In this document: one piece after another, positions 1 to 12,500 of the stretch | Position numbering within the stretch: position 1 is the stretch's first letter | Layout of the letters: every line of letters begins with the position of its first letter | Source: Macrostomum lignano | Taxonomy: Eukaryota | Assembly: GCA_002269645.1 (NCBI GenBank) | Contig: NIVC01000130.1 | Location: forward strand, 434,001-498,000 | Direction of reading: 5' to 3' | DNA length: 64,000 bases | Translations under genes and position numbers: made by a program | The notes under the pieces: model-generated | Seen by the model: only the letters and a program-made list of their open reading frames with translations | Told to the model about the DNA's origin: nothing | Databases searched by the model: none

Positions 1-25
1 CCAGAAAGATATCAGGTGAAGGTCA

Positions 26-310
<285 letters not shown>

Positions 311-509
311 CTTTGGCCTTGGCCTTCAATGGTCTCTCAGCCTCCCCCAGGGGCAGGGAGGAGCAAATGTAGCGAAATACTTCAAATATTATTGCAATAT
401 AATCTAGCTAACTAGTTATGACCAAGGACAATCATGATCCAAGTATGCGGTCAGCCAATGGGGTGGGGGGCCAGCCGATTGGCTAGTGATTTTAATTAAT
501 CTGACTCAC

Positions 510-551
510 CAATCTGCCTGCTGATTGGCTGGCGTGTCAGACAGTGAAACC
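510..551 (-). CDS. 42-nt candidate micro-exon (VSLSDTPANQQAD)
   Basis: tttaacag acceptor, TG|GTGAGT donor, phase 2-2, no stop. Confidence 0.5.
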
Positions 552-3500
552 CTGTTAAAGGACACGAAGAACTTGTCAGGGAAACAGAGGATAATTAGAA
601 GCAAATAGAGACTAAGAGCTCTTTGAGTGTCGTTTCTGAAGGCTTTCATTCTATAGATTTAGCTGTAGCTGTGGCAAGAGACAAGAGAACTGATACTAAG
701 AAACAGAAAAATTATTATGCATTTTTGGCTTAAACTGAGCCTTAAAATAGACAGTCAATAGTAAAATCCTTTAATAAGTTCAAACACACGTATTGGGATT
801 AGCCAAAAAATATCCATTTGTAGTGAATTGACCAGTCACAAACTCACTATTATTATTACACATTATTACACATTAAGCGCAAACTCAATTAGATTTACAC
901 TTGAGTACAAAATGATTAGAGCTATGAATTGTGCCCGCAGAAAACAGCCTGTACTGCAGAAGCTGGCAAACTAGAGAAGCTGGGAAAATATTCCAGATGT
1001 GCTTCAGCAAACTAACCAGAAGCCACTTTCATACCACTCCGGTCTAAAATAGAAGCAATAAAAACGCGCTTCAATGCAATAATTCCACAAAGTGGTCAAT
1101 GAGGTGAGGAGGCCAGCCAATGAGGTGAGGTGGCAGCCAATAGGGTGGGGAGGCCAGCCAATTGGGTGAGGAGGCCAGCCAGTGGGGTGGGGAGGCCAGC
1201 CAATTGGGTGAGGAAGCCAGCCAGTGGGGTGAGGAGGCCAGCCAGTGGGGTGAGGAGGCCAGCCAATGGGGCAAGGAGACCAGCCAATGAGGTGAGGAGG
1301 CAGCTAATGGGGTGAGGAGGTCAGCCAATAAGGTGAGGAGGCCAGCCAATGGGGCAAGGAGGCCAGCCAATGAGGTGAGGAGGCAGCTAATGGGGTGAGG
1401 AGGCAGCTAATGGGGTGAGGAGGTCAGCCAATAAGGTGAGGAGACCAGCAAATGAGGTGACGAGGCAGCCAATGGGGTGAGGAGGCCAGCCAATGAGGTG
1501 AGGAGGCAGCTAATGGGGTGAGGAGGCCAGCCAATGAGGTGAGGAGGCCAGCCAATGGGGCAAGGAGACCAGCCAGTGGGGTGGGGAGGCCAGCCAATTC
1601 GCAAATAGCTTGTAACAAAGAGATAACATACTCGTATACGAGCGTAGCAACAACATTTAAAACCTTTAAACGTGTTATACAGTTGTTTGTAAATGAAGAT
1701 TGTGCATTTAAATTTTACTTTAGTAATACAACACCAAATTCCGAGCAAAATTAAAATGTTAGTGGAAACTTACCTGTTTGTGTTAGAAAACCCATTGGCG
1801 TTTTCCGGGGGTTTCGAACTGAAATATGGACACGTGATAAATAATTAGATATATAGCTCACTTCACAAACACCCAGCTCACTCCGCAGACACCCAGTTCA
1901 CTCCGCAGACACCCAACTCACTCTGCAGACACCCAGCTCACTTCACAGACACCCAGCTCACTCCACAGACACCCAGCTCACTTCACAGACACCCAGCTCA
2001 CTTCACAGACACCCAGCTCACTCTACAGACACCCAGCTCACTTCACAAACACCCAGCTCACTCCGCAGACACCCAGTTCACTCCGCAGACACCCAACTCA
2101 CTCTGCAGACACCCAGCTCACTTCACAGACACCCAGCTCACTCCACAGACACCCAGCTCACTTCACAGACACCCAGCTCACTTCACAGACACCCAGCTCA
2201 CTCTACAGACACCCAGCTCACTTCACAAACACCCAGCTCACTCCGCAGACACCCAGTTCACTCCGCAGACACCCAACTCACTCTGCAGACACCCAGCTCA
2301 CTTCACAGACACCCAGCTCACTCTACAGACACCCAGCTCACTTCGCAGACACTAAGCTCACTTCACAGACACCCAGCTCACTTCACAGACACCCAGCTCA
2401 CTCCACAGACACCCAGCTCACTTCACAGACACCCAGCTCACTTCACAGACACCCAGCTCACTTCACAGACACCCAGCTCACTCCACAGACACCCAGCTCA
2501 CTTCACAGACACCCAGCTCACTCCACAGACACCCAGCTCACTTCACAGACACCCAGCTCACTTTACAGACACCCAGCTCACTTTAAAGACACCCAGCTCA
2601 CTTCGCAGACACTAAGCTCACTTCACAGACACCCAGCTCACTTCACAGACACCCAGCTCACTTCACAGACACCCAGCTCACTTCACAGACACCCAGCTCA
2701 CTCCACAGACACCCAGCTCACTTCACAGACACCCAGCTCACTTCACAGACACCCAGCTCACTTCACAGACACCCAGCTCACTCCACAGACACCCAGCTCA
2801 CTCCACAGACACCCAGCTCACTCCTGCTCACGCCTGAATCCATCCAACAACTGTAATTTCAACCCCCTACGATCAGAGCTCAATGACTCACCCGCCCTTG
2901 CACTTGTCCATTCGTTTAATGAGTAGAACCACGATGGCAACCACCAGCAGCGCGCCCAGCACCCCGCCAACAATGCCACCGATGAGCTGGCGAAGCAAGT
3001 GGTTGAACCCGGTGGTGAATTTGATGTTGGCATTGGAGAGGCTGCAGCCCGCACTAGTGCAGGCTACCAAGTACACTCTGTAGGGCTGCTCGTACGTCAG
3101 CGGACCGTTGCACTCGCCGACGCAATCCTCTGAGCCGCTGCCGATGATCACCGTCGTTTCGTCGACAACAGACGATGGCGCGGCAAGCCTCGACGCTGAT
3201 GAAGCGCGGAACGGCTCCGTGTTGACGGGTGCCGAGCCGCAACTGACGTTGAACGCGTACGGCCGTTTGTAGCCCCGGTCGCTGCCAGCGTAATTGCGAT
3301 CTCCGTCCAGAGTCCACTCGGCGTCACTGAGCTTGTCTTGGCCAACTAGCAATCGGCAGTACCGAATTTTGCCGTAGCTGTCGTTGAATGCTTTGGAGAA
3401 GCCTTCCAAGTTGATTTTGATCTTTTCGTGACCGATTTGTTCTATGTTGGCGCCGTCCTGGGTAGGTGGGTGAGGTGGGGTAACGCTGGAGTGAGGTGGG

Positions 3501-6500
3501 TGATGCCGGAGTGAGGTGGGTGTTGCCGGAGTGAGGTTGGTGATTCTGGAGTGAGGTGGGTGTTGCCGGAGTGAGGTTGGTGATGCTGGAGTGAGGTGGG
3601 TGTTGCCGGAGTGAGGTTGGTGATTCTGGAGTGAGGTGGGTGTTGCCGGAGTGAGGTTGGTGATGCTGGAGTGAGGTGGGGTGATGCCAGAGTGAGGTGG
3701 GTGATGCTGGAGTGAGGTGGGTGATTCTAGAGTGAGGTGGGGTGATGCTGGAGTGAGGTGGGTGTTGCCGGAGTGAGGTTGGTGATTCTGGAGTGAGGTG
3801 GGTGTTGCCGGAGTGAGGTTGGTGATGCTGGAGTGAGGTGGGGTGATGCCAGAGTGAGGTGGGTGATGCTGGAGTGAGGTGGGTGATTCTAAAGTGAGGT
3901 GGGGTGATGCTGAAGTGAGGTGGGTGTTGCCGGAGTGAGGTTGGTGATTCTGGAGTGAGGTGGGTGTTGCCGGAGTGAGGTTGGTGATGCTGGAGTGAGG
4001 TGGGGTGATGCCAGAGTGAGGTGGGGTGATGCTGGAGTGAGGTGGGTGTTGCCGGAGTGAGGTTGGTGATGCTGGAGTGAGGTGGGTGTTGCCGGAGTGA
4101 GGTTGGTGATTCTGGAGTGAGGTGGGTGTTGCCGGAGTGAGGTTGGTGATGCTGGAGTGAGGTGGGGTGATGCCAGAGTGAGGTGGGTGATGCTGGAGTG
4201 AGGTGGGTGATTCTAGAGTGAGGTGGGTGATGCTGGAGTGAGGTATGGTGATGCTGGAGTGAGGTGGGGTGATGCCAGAGTGAGGTGGGGTGATGCTGGA
4301 GTGAGGTGGGTGTTGCCGGAGTGAGGTTGGTGATGCTGGAGTGAGGTGGGTGTTGCCGGAGTGAGGTTGGTGATTCTGGAGTGAGGTGGGTGTTGCCGGA
4401 GTGAGGTTGGTGATGCTGGAGTGAGGTGGGGTGATGCCAGAGTGAGGTGGGTGATGCTGGAGTGAGGTGGGTGATTCTAGAGTGAGGTGGGTGATGCTGG
4501 AGTGAGGTATGGTGATGCTGGAGTGAGGTGGGTGATTCTGGAGTGAGGTGGGTGATTCTGGAGTGAGGTGGGGTGATGCCAGAGTGAGGTGGGTGATCCT
4601 GGAGTGAGGTGGGTGATCCTGGAGTGAGGTGGGTGATCCTGGAGTGAGGTGGGTGATCCTGGAGTGAGGTGGGTGATGCTGGAGTGAGGTGGGTGATGCT
4701 GGAGTGAGGTGGGTGATTCTGGAGTGAGGTGGGTTATGCCAGAGTGAGGTGGGTGATTTTGAAGTGAGGTGGGTGATGTCGGAGTGCGATGGGGTGATTC
4801 TGACCTACACGTCAGTCCCATTCCCCGCACTCACTTGAATATTAACACCTGGCACACTGTAGGCCTTGCCAGGTGTAATTTCCACCGGAGTGCTAATCTG
4901 TTCCTCAAAGCCTTTTATTTCTCCACCAGGCGTGTTAACCAGCAGCACACCGAATCTGAGCTGATCTTCAGGTTTAATATAGGCCAAGCTGGTTATGGTG
5001 AGGCCGAGCGTAGAAGCATTATAAGGCAAAGTTTCGAATACTTTAACACCTGGCGGAGTGTTGAGCAGCTGTAGTTCGTAGCGGATCGGTACGCCGTTGA
5101 AGCGATCAGGCTGCTGCCAGGTGCATCGCACCTTATTGAGCTGATTGGGCACAGGTGAACAGGCAAAGCCTCTCGGCTTGGTGGCTTTGTACGGGTCGGT
5201 TCGAATCACAATACCAGCAGGTGGCGTCACTGCGGCAGTTTCCGTTGCTCCATTGAATTCCACTTTAGCTTCGATAGTAAAATGGTACCAAGTGTAGGGT
5301 AGCAGATCAGGTGCCAGGTGGGTTGCACCAGTTTCCGTTTTAGGAGTGGAGGAGTTCCGAACTACGTTGTAACGGACATCGCATAAGCCGTGAGTAACTG
5401 CTTTCCATGTCAGCTTAACAGTATCATGAGTTGTTTCTATGGCGGTAACGTTGCGAACAAGCACACTGGCGCTTAGATCGCCAATTTTTGTTTTGCTGGG
5501 GACGGAAGCCTCGCTGCTGTTGCCGTAATTGTTCTCCGTGAGTATCTTAAAGTTGTAGTTACCGCACTGAGTGAGGGGGGTCGCCCGGTAGGTCTGAAGA
5601 GAGATGTTGAATGAATGCGAGGTTCTCATCTTAAACTTGAACAGCTGACCTGACCTTGCTCGCACACTCTGAGAGTTGTAGCCTAGTGGTTAGAGCGTCG
5701 GACTCACGACTTGAAGGCCGGGGGTTCGATTCCCAGTCCCACCCGAAACAATTTGTGTCCTTGAGCAAGACACTTAACTCTGAATTGCTTCAGTTCACCC
5801 AGCTGTAAACTGGGTACCAGAATTAGGCACAGATACTAGAATAACTAGATGGGCCACTCAGCACATTCGCGTATAAACTACTTACAGTTCAGTAGTAAGT
5901 TAAACAAGCATTTTCATGTATGAGCCAAGGCTCATTTTTTGTTTCTTACTGATTTATTAGCTTTAAACCATCCAACCGTGCCTTTCTACTATCCCCCTGC
6001 CCCAATTTTATTGCCTTTCCGGAATTCCAGCCTAAAGCAGCGATGTACATTTCAGTGGACTGGCCAATGTACATTACTGCTGAACCAATTAGCAAGAATT
6101 GTTTACGCCTGCAAGCTAGAAAGCTGTTTTACTAAGGTGGCTAATCTATTTATTAGCTGTGGTAATTGAGGCTGTGTGTGGCGACCCCCCTCCAGTCCTT
6201 GGACTGAACAGCCGAACGCAGCCTTCAGATGCGCTGTCGGTTGCACATCTGGCCCAATTGGCTTCGCCCTCACGGGTGTTTAATGCTGCTGTTCTACTCA
6301 CCTCTAAAGAATAGTCAGTCAGCGAAGTCCAAAGACTTTTAACAGAGCCTGTTTCAATCCTGAACCAGTACTGCTGGAACACGCCATTCAGCATAGTAGG
6401 CGGAGTCCAGCCCAGCACAGCGAATGTGTCTCCTATTTCCTTCACATTGAGACCTTCAGGTGGATCAGGCGTGTCCGGCAGAGTTCGATCGGTGCGACTC

Positions 6501-9500
6501 CAAGTCTGTCCGGCCAGAGTCTGGCTGACTGGCGTCACGGACACGCTGTAGTTGGCCCAGGGCCACAGGCCAAGCAGCTTGATGGGTGCCGACGAGCTGA
6601 TGTTGGAGATCTGCGAACAGCCAGAGAGCAGCTGGTTGACTGTGTCGCTAACGTTGCACTTATCCGGCGGTGACAGCTCGCAGGTCAAATTCAAGTCCAT
6701 CACGTAGCCCCCAATACAGCTTCCATTGCTGGCACTTAAGCTAACAGTGTAGGCCATGATGCGGCCTCGAGTCACGGCTGGCAGGCCGAAGTTCAGGTCA
6801 ATCTGGCGCCTGTCAGGCGTCAGAACTGGCGAGCTAACTGGATCGCTCGGCTGCTCAAGTGTTCGGGCAACGGAGCTGGTGCTGCTCGGACCTGGACCGG
6901 CTCGATTCACCGGCCACACGGTGATTCGGTAGGGCGTGTACGGCTCCAGAATGTCGCCAGTGTCCACCTGCAGGTCCTGGCCGTTAGTCTGGCTGTAGCT
7001 GAAGCTCGAATTTGTCACATTTGAGCAGCCGTCCAGTTCGCTCAACGGCCCGGGGAGTTGACGTCGCGAACAGTCGGTGCACACTATTCTAGCCGCAAAA
7101 GAGCAGCTAATGGGGCTGTTGCCGCTGCTAACGTTGATCTTATCCAGCCGCAGGACGTACTCAAATATCAGGCCTCGGCTAAACTGGAAGCTCTTCCACA
7201 GCGAGACCACGCCTTGACCGCGGCGGCTGGCAAACTGAGGCGCTTCTTTCAGTGACTTGCTCGGTGCCAAATCCTTGAGCAAAGTCAGATTAGTTTTAGG
7301 GCTGGGCGGACTCTCGCCCGCCGAGGTCCACGCGGTGACGCTGCAGTCGTACTGGACTCCGGGAGACAAGTCGTTAATGGTGGCGTAAAAGGTAGTGTTA
7401 GTGCCGGCGTCAAGTGTGACGTTCTTCGGCACGGAGTTGACCCCGGAGCCGATGCCATTGGCGAAGCAGCGCACAGTGTAGGCAATGATGACACCGTTGG
7501 GCTCGGACGGAGGCGACCAAGACAGCTGCAGCCAGTCGGTGCTGAAGTTGTTGGCCTGAGCATCTTGCGGAGCCGACGGGGAATCCTGTGGAGTCGCCTG
7601 CAGTGTCGGCGGTACCGCTGGCGACGTTCGTTCGTAATAGGCAGCGTTGACATTAAGCGAGTAGTTCGTGTGGGGCGACAGCGGCTGGAACTCGAGTTCG
7701 CAGGACTGCACCCATCGAGGGCAAGATTTATTGAATAAGACGTTGCCAGCAATATTGCTAAGTTGTGCAATGAGCAGCTCAGAATGCGAGGTGGCCTCCA
7801 GTTTGACTTTGAGGCTTCTACTATTCACAGATGTCCAAGTCGCATTAGGCGCGCTAGGATCTGAAATTGATTGACAATCAAATTATGAAGATAAAATGCC
7901 AGTCTTGTGAAAGGGCAGGTTTCGCAAGCCACAACTCCACAAACTTCCAACTCCACAAACCCCCAACTCCACAAACTCCAACTTCACAAACACAAATTCC
8001 ACAAACCCCAACTTCACAAACCCCCATCTCTACAAACCCCAAATTCACAAACACAAATTCCACAACCCCCAACTCCACAAACCCCCAACTCCACAAACCC
8101 CCAACTCCCCAAACCCCAACTTCATAAACCCCCAACTCCACAAACCCCAACTCCCCAAACCCCCAACTCCACAAACCCCCAACTCCCCAAACCCCAACTT
8201 CACAAACCCCAACTTCACAAACACAAATTCCACAAAACCCCAACTCCACAAAGCCCCAATTCCACAAACCCCCAACTCCCCAGACCCCAATTCCACAAAC
8301 CCACAACTCCCCAAACCCCAACTTCACAAACACAAATTCCACAAACCCCTAACTCCCCAAACCCCTAACTCCCCAAACCCCAACTCCACAAACCCTTAAC
8401 TCCCCAAACCCCAACTCCACAAACCCCCAACTCCACAAACCCCAACGCCACAAACCCCAACTTCACAAACACAAATTCCACAAACCCCTAACTCCCCAAA
8501 CCCCAAATCCACAAACCCTTAACTTCCCAAACTTCAAAATCACAAACCCTCAATTCCACAAGCCCCCAACTCCACAAAGCCCCAACTCCACAAAGCCACA
8601 ATTCCACAAACCCTAACTTCACAAACCCCTGACTCCACAAACACAAAATCCACAAACCCCGAACCTCCACAAACCCCAACTCCACAAACCCCGAATTCCA
8701 CCAACCCTAAACTCTACAAACAGCAACCATATGAGAATTCTAAAGTTCACAATCCTCAGGTTTCACAAGACTATGAACTACAAAAGAGCCAAAACTACTG
8801 AAGAAAATACTTACTCACACAGCCTAAAAGCACCCAATACGAGTATGGCTACCCTAAACAGATTGCAAGCCCCGATTATAAATTGCACCTGCAAGCATCA
8901 GCCACTCACCTGTACGCTGTACAACCGTATAAGTTCCGGAGCTGTTTTGCACCAAACCGTCTTTTTCGGCAACAGCCACCACTTCAATGGTTACATTATC
9001 CGAATAGGCGTATTCGCCTTTAAACTCTGCTTTCAACTTATCAAATGTCTCTTTCTTATTCATATTAAGCTTTGAAGATTTCAAATCGATGCTCAGAAAG
9101 TCTGCACCAATTGCGACGGTGCTGGTCCACACTGCGCTCAGAGCAGAGTTTGCCAGCGTTACGGCGTCCAGCTTAAAGTCGGTGCTAAATGTTGCGCTGC
9201 TGGCGTTGAGACGGGGCTCTGAAATGTTGCGTTAAACAGGGAATGCTTCTTTTTATCAAGGACGACTTAAGTAGAAGGACGGGAAACCTCGTTTCTTGGA
9301 CAATTTTCGAAAGCAGCTTTTTTTGAAAAAATACACTACAGAGATAGAAAGTTTTCATTTTTTCTGCACAAAAATTGCTATTGCTTTTGATAGGAGGCAG
9401 ATCCAGTGTTCATCTTTTGATATGTTGTGCCTTTCTTATTGCTCTAGCTATCGATATTCATAAAGCTTTTCGTTTAGAAAATTAGGATTCTATGTTAATT

Positions 9501-12500
9501 TTTATTCATAAAAGAATCATAAAAATGCATGGCACAGCTCCAATCTTTGCTTTTATGAATCCATTTTATCATCTATGTTACAAATATTTGTTACACAGTC
9601 AGCTAAGAAGGATAAAATAGATTCATAAAACCAAAGAGCCGAGCCGTGGCATTTTATTGGATTTCAGGCACAAGACACCTGAAAATCTACGTAGAATAAA
9701 AATCTACTATAAAACACTAGTATTTAAAATCGCATCTTACTAGTCAGAGCCTTCGACATTGCCGGTAATGAATCCACGAAGCCGGCCTTCTTAACAATGA
9801 TATCAATACTTTGCACTGAGCCGGGGCTTAAGCCAGTTTGGTTCGTGCTAGTCTCGCTCAGCTCTTCTGTAGGGTTTGAGCCGATGGTCACTGAGTACTG
9901 CACGTTGAGACTGTTGGATGCATTCCAGCTCACGTGCACGCTCTCGTAAGTTGAACTCCAAACGATGGACGCGTTGGTTACGGGAGACAGGCCTGGGAGA
10001 AGCAGATTGCGAACAAATTAACAGATGCATTTTATTTCAAATAAGCAAGAAATGGGGAAAAAAGATTGAACTGTTGAACTCACGAGTCTGTCCCACTATA
10101 CTGGCGGGAGAGCTGTTGTTAAAGCCAGGCTTAACCACAACAACAGTTGCTGTGAGGTTCTCTCCCGACTGCAGACCGCAGCAGCTGCCTTTCAGCTCTC
10201 CGCCGGCATCAATCGAAAAATTTGAGCCACAGGTCAGGTTGTATGTCACACCTGACGTATTGGAGGCTTGCCACTCTACATCAAGACAGTTCACGTTGGA
10301 GTTCTTCACGGTGACAGAAGCCACGGGAGCGACCACTGGAAGCAAATCAAACAAGGTGTACAAATGTGCATTTTTCAATACAGTTATAGTTAATACTGCT
10401 CATACTTATTCACTGACTGCAGTGTCTTCAGTGTATAGTAAGTTAATAACTGTCTGATACAAACTGTACCAAAACAACTCTAAAGAAATTTTAAGCTCCG
10501 AAAAAAGGCAAAGGCGGAGCTGTCGCTCAAGCTGCATCAGCTGCTGCAATCATTTCTGCTGCAAAATCAGAGTGATGGAAAGCAGTAAAATTTGAAAAAT
10601 TGTGTTAAAGGCCACGCATCTGAAACTTAAAAAATTTCTACATTGGTGACATCACTGCAGTAAAAAGGCTTTTGTATTGGCCTTAAAGTTGCACCACATC
10701 CACAGCAATTTTTTCAACACTTTGAAAATTGAATTACAAGCCTGCGTCAGATCAGCTATTAAGCATGGGTGAACTCGCTACCTGGCAAAAACTGTCGTCA
10801 ACTTACATTCTGCTTTGCGGAGGAATTTACGAGTAATTTATACAAAAAATCAAAGCCGTCAGTCAAAGCTCAGCCCCGTCAATCAACATCCCTAAAAGCC
10901 GCAAAGCATCACAGTCGAATTAAAGGCCTGCGTCAGTTGAGCAATTAAGCATCAAGCACTCTGATTTGCAGAGGAATTTAATTCAGAAAAATCAAACTTC
11001 AGCCCTGTCAGTCAACATCCCTAAAAGCCGCAAAGCATCACAGCAACAAAGCCATCTGACTCAGAGCAGCTCATCTGAGCACACAGAGCTGCTGAACTCA
11101 CGAGTCTGTCCCACTGTACTGGCGGGAGAGCTGTTGTTAAAGCCAGGCTTAACCACAACAACAGTTGCTGTGTGGTTCTCTCCTGACTGCAGACCGCAGC
11201 AGGAGCCTGAGGTTCCTGAGTCCACTACAATTGCACCTGACCCACAGTCAAGCTCGTATGTCACACCCGATGTATTGGAGGCTGGCCACTCTACATCAAG
11301 ACAGGTCACATTGGATTTCATCACGGTGACAGAAGCCACAGGTGACACCACTGAAACCGGGTTGCAATTCGTGTGACAAATAAGGTCAGTTAGAGCACAA
11401 TAAATCGTGCGCTATTGTTGGATAGCTGTTGCAAAAAATAAAATAAAAACTTAAAAGATCACTACGCTACTGAAAGTAGTAAGTTAGGACTTTCCGGTCA
11501 ATAATTAACCCCTCATAAGTGCTCTGTAAAATGACAATAGTTACATGCACGTCGGAAGCCTCACAAAAACATCGAAGAAGCCACGTCACAAAAACTACTT
11601 ATGAGTAAAGGTGAGTGAATACAATGCACTCTTGTGCCCTAATTGCACTGCTTGAAACTTTCCTTGATTTTCAAATTCGATTTCTACAGACTAATTGCAA
11701 AGCCTTTGCTGGGTTTCAGTGCACAATTTGAATCAAACAATGCCCCGGCGCTGAGGCAAGAAACTCAGAAACATCGGCTGTGAAAACTCACGAGTCTGTC
11801 CCACTCTACTGGCGGGAGAGCTGTCGTTAAAGCCAGCCTTAACCACAACAACATATTTTTCACTGACTGCAGTGTCTTCAGTTCTGGTATAGTAAGTTAA
11901 TAACAATCTGATACAAACTGTACCAAACACCTCTACAAAAGCTGTAAACTCCGAAAAAGGCAAAGGCGGAGCTTTCGCTCAAGCTGCATCAGCTGCTGCA
12001 ATCATTTCTGCTGCAAAATCAGAGCGATGGAAAGCAGTAAAATTTGAAAAATTGTGTTAAAGGCCACGCAACTGAAACTTAGAAAATTTTTTAGATTGGT
12101 GACGTCATTACAGCAAAAAAGCTTTTGTATCGGCCTGAAAGTTGCACCACATCCACAACAATATTTTAGACACTTAAAATTTGAATTACAGGTCTGCGTC
12201 AGTTGAGCAATTAAGCATCAGTGAACCCGCTACTTGTAAGACCTTGACATCCACATTAGAATTTGCAGGGGAATTTAATTCAGAAAAATCAAAGCCGTCA
12301 GTCAAAACTCAGCCCCATTAATCAACATCCCTAAAAGCCGCAAAGCATCACAGCAACAAAGCCATCTGACTCAGAGCAGCTCATCTGAGCACACAGAGCT
12401 GCTGAACTCACGAGTCTGTCCCACTGTACTGGCGGGAGAGCTGTTGTTAAAGCCAGGCTTAACCACAACAACAGTTGCTGTGTGGTTCTCTCCTGACTGC

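Noticed and set aside
5672-5745. Possible tRNA gene
   Set aside because: A and B boxes are present, but the acceptor stem does not pair and the sequence runs into a CORE-like domain, so it is a SINE head.
6146-6301. C-terminal extension of the 560-aa ORF
   Set aside because: It reads past a strong GAG|GTGAGT donor into antisense SINE sequence.
5663-6305. Intron gain by SINE insertion using a cac(a)ctct target duplication
   Set aside because: The putative TSD is imperfect, and splicing would not restore the inferred pre-insertion frame. Insertion into an existing intron is simpler.
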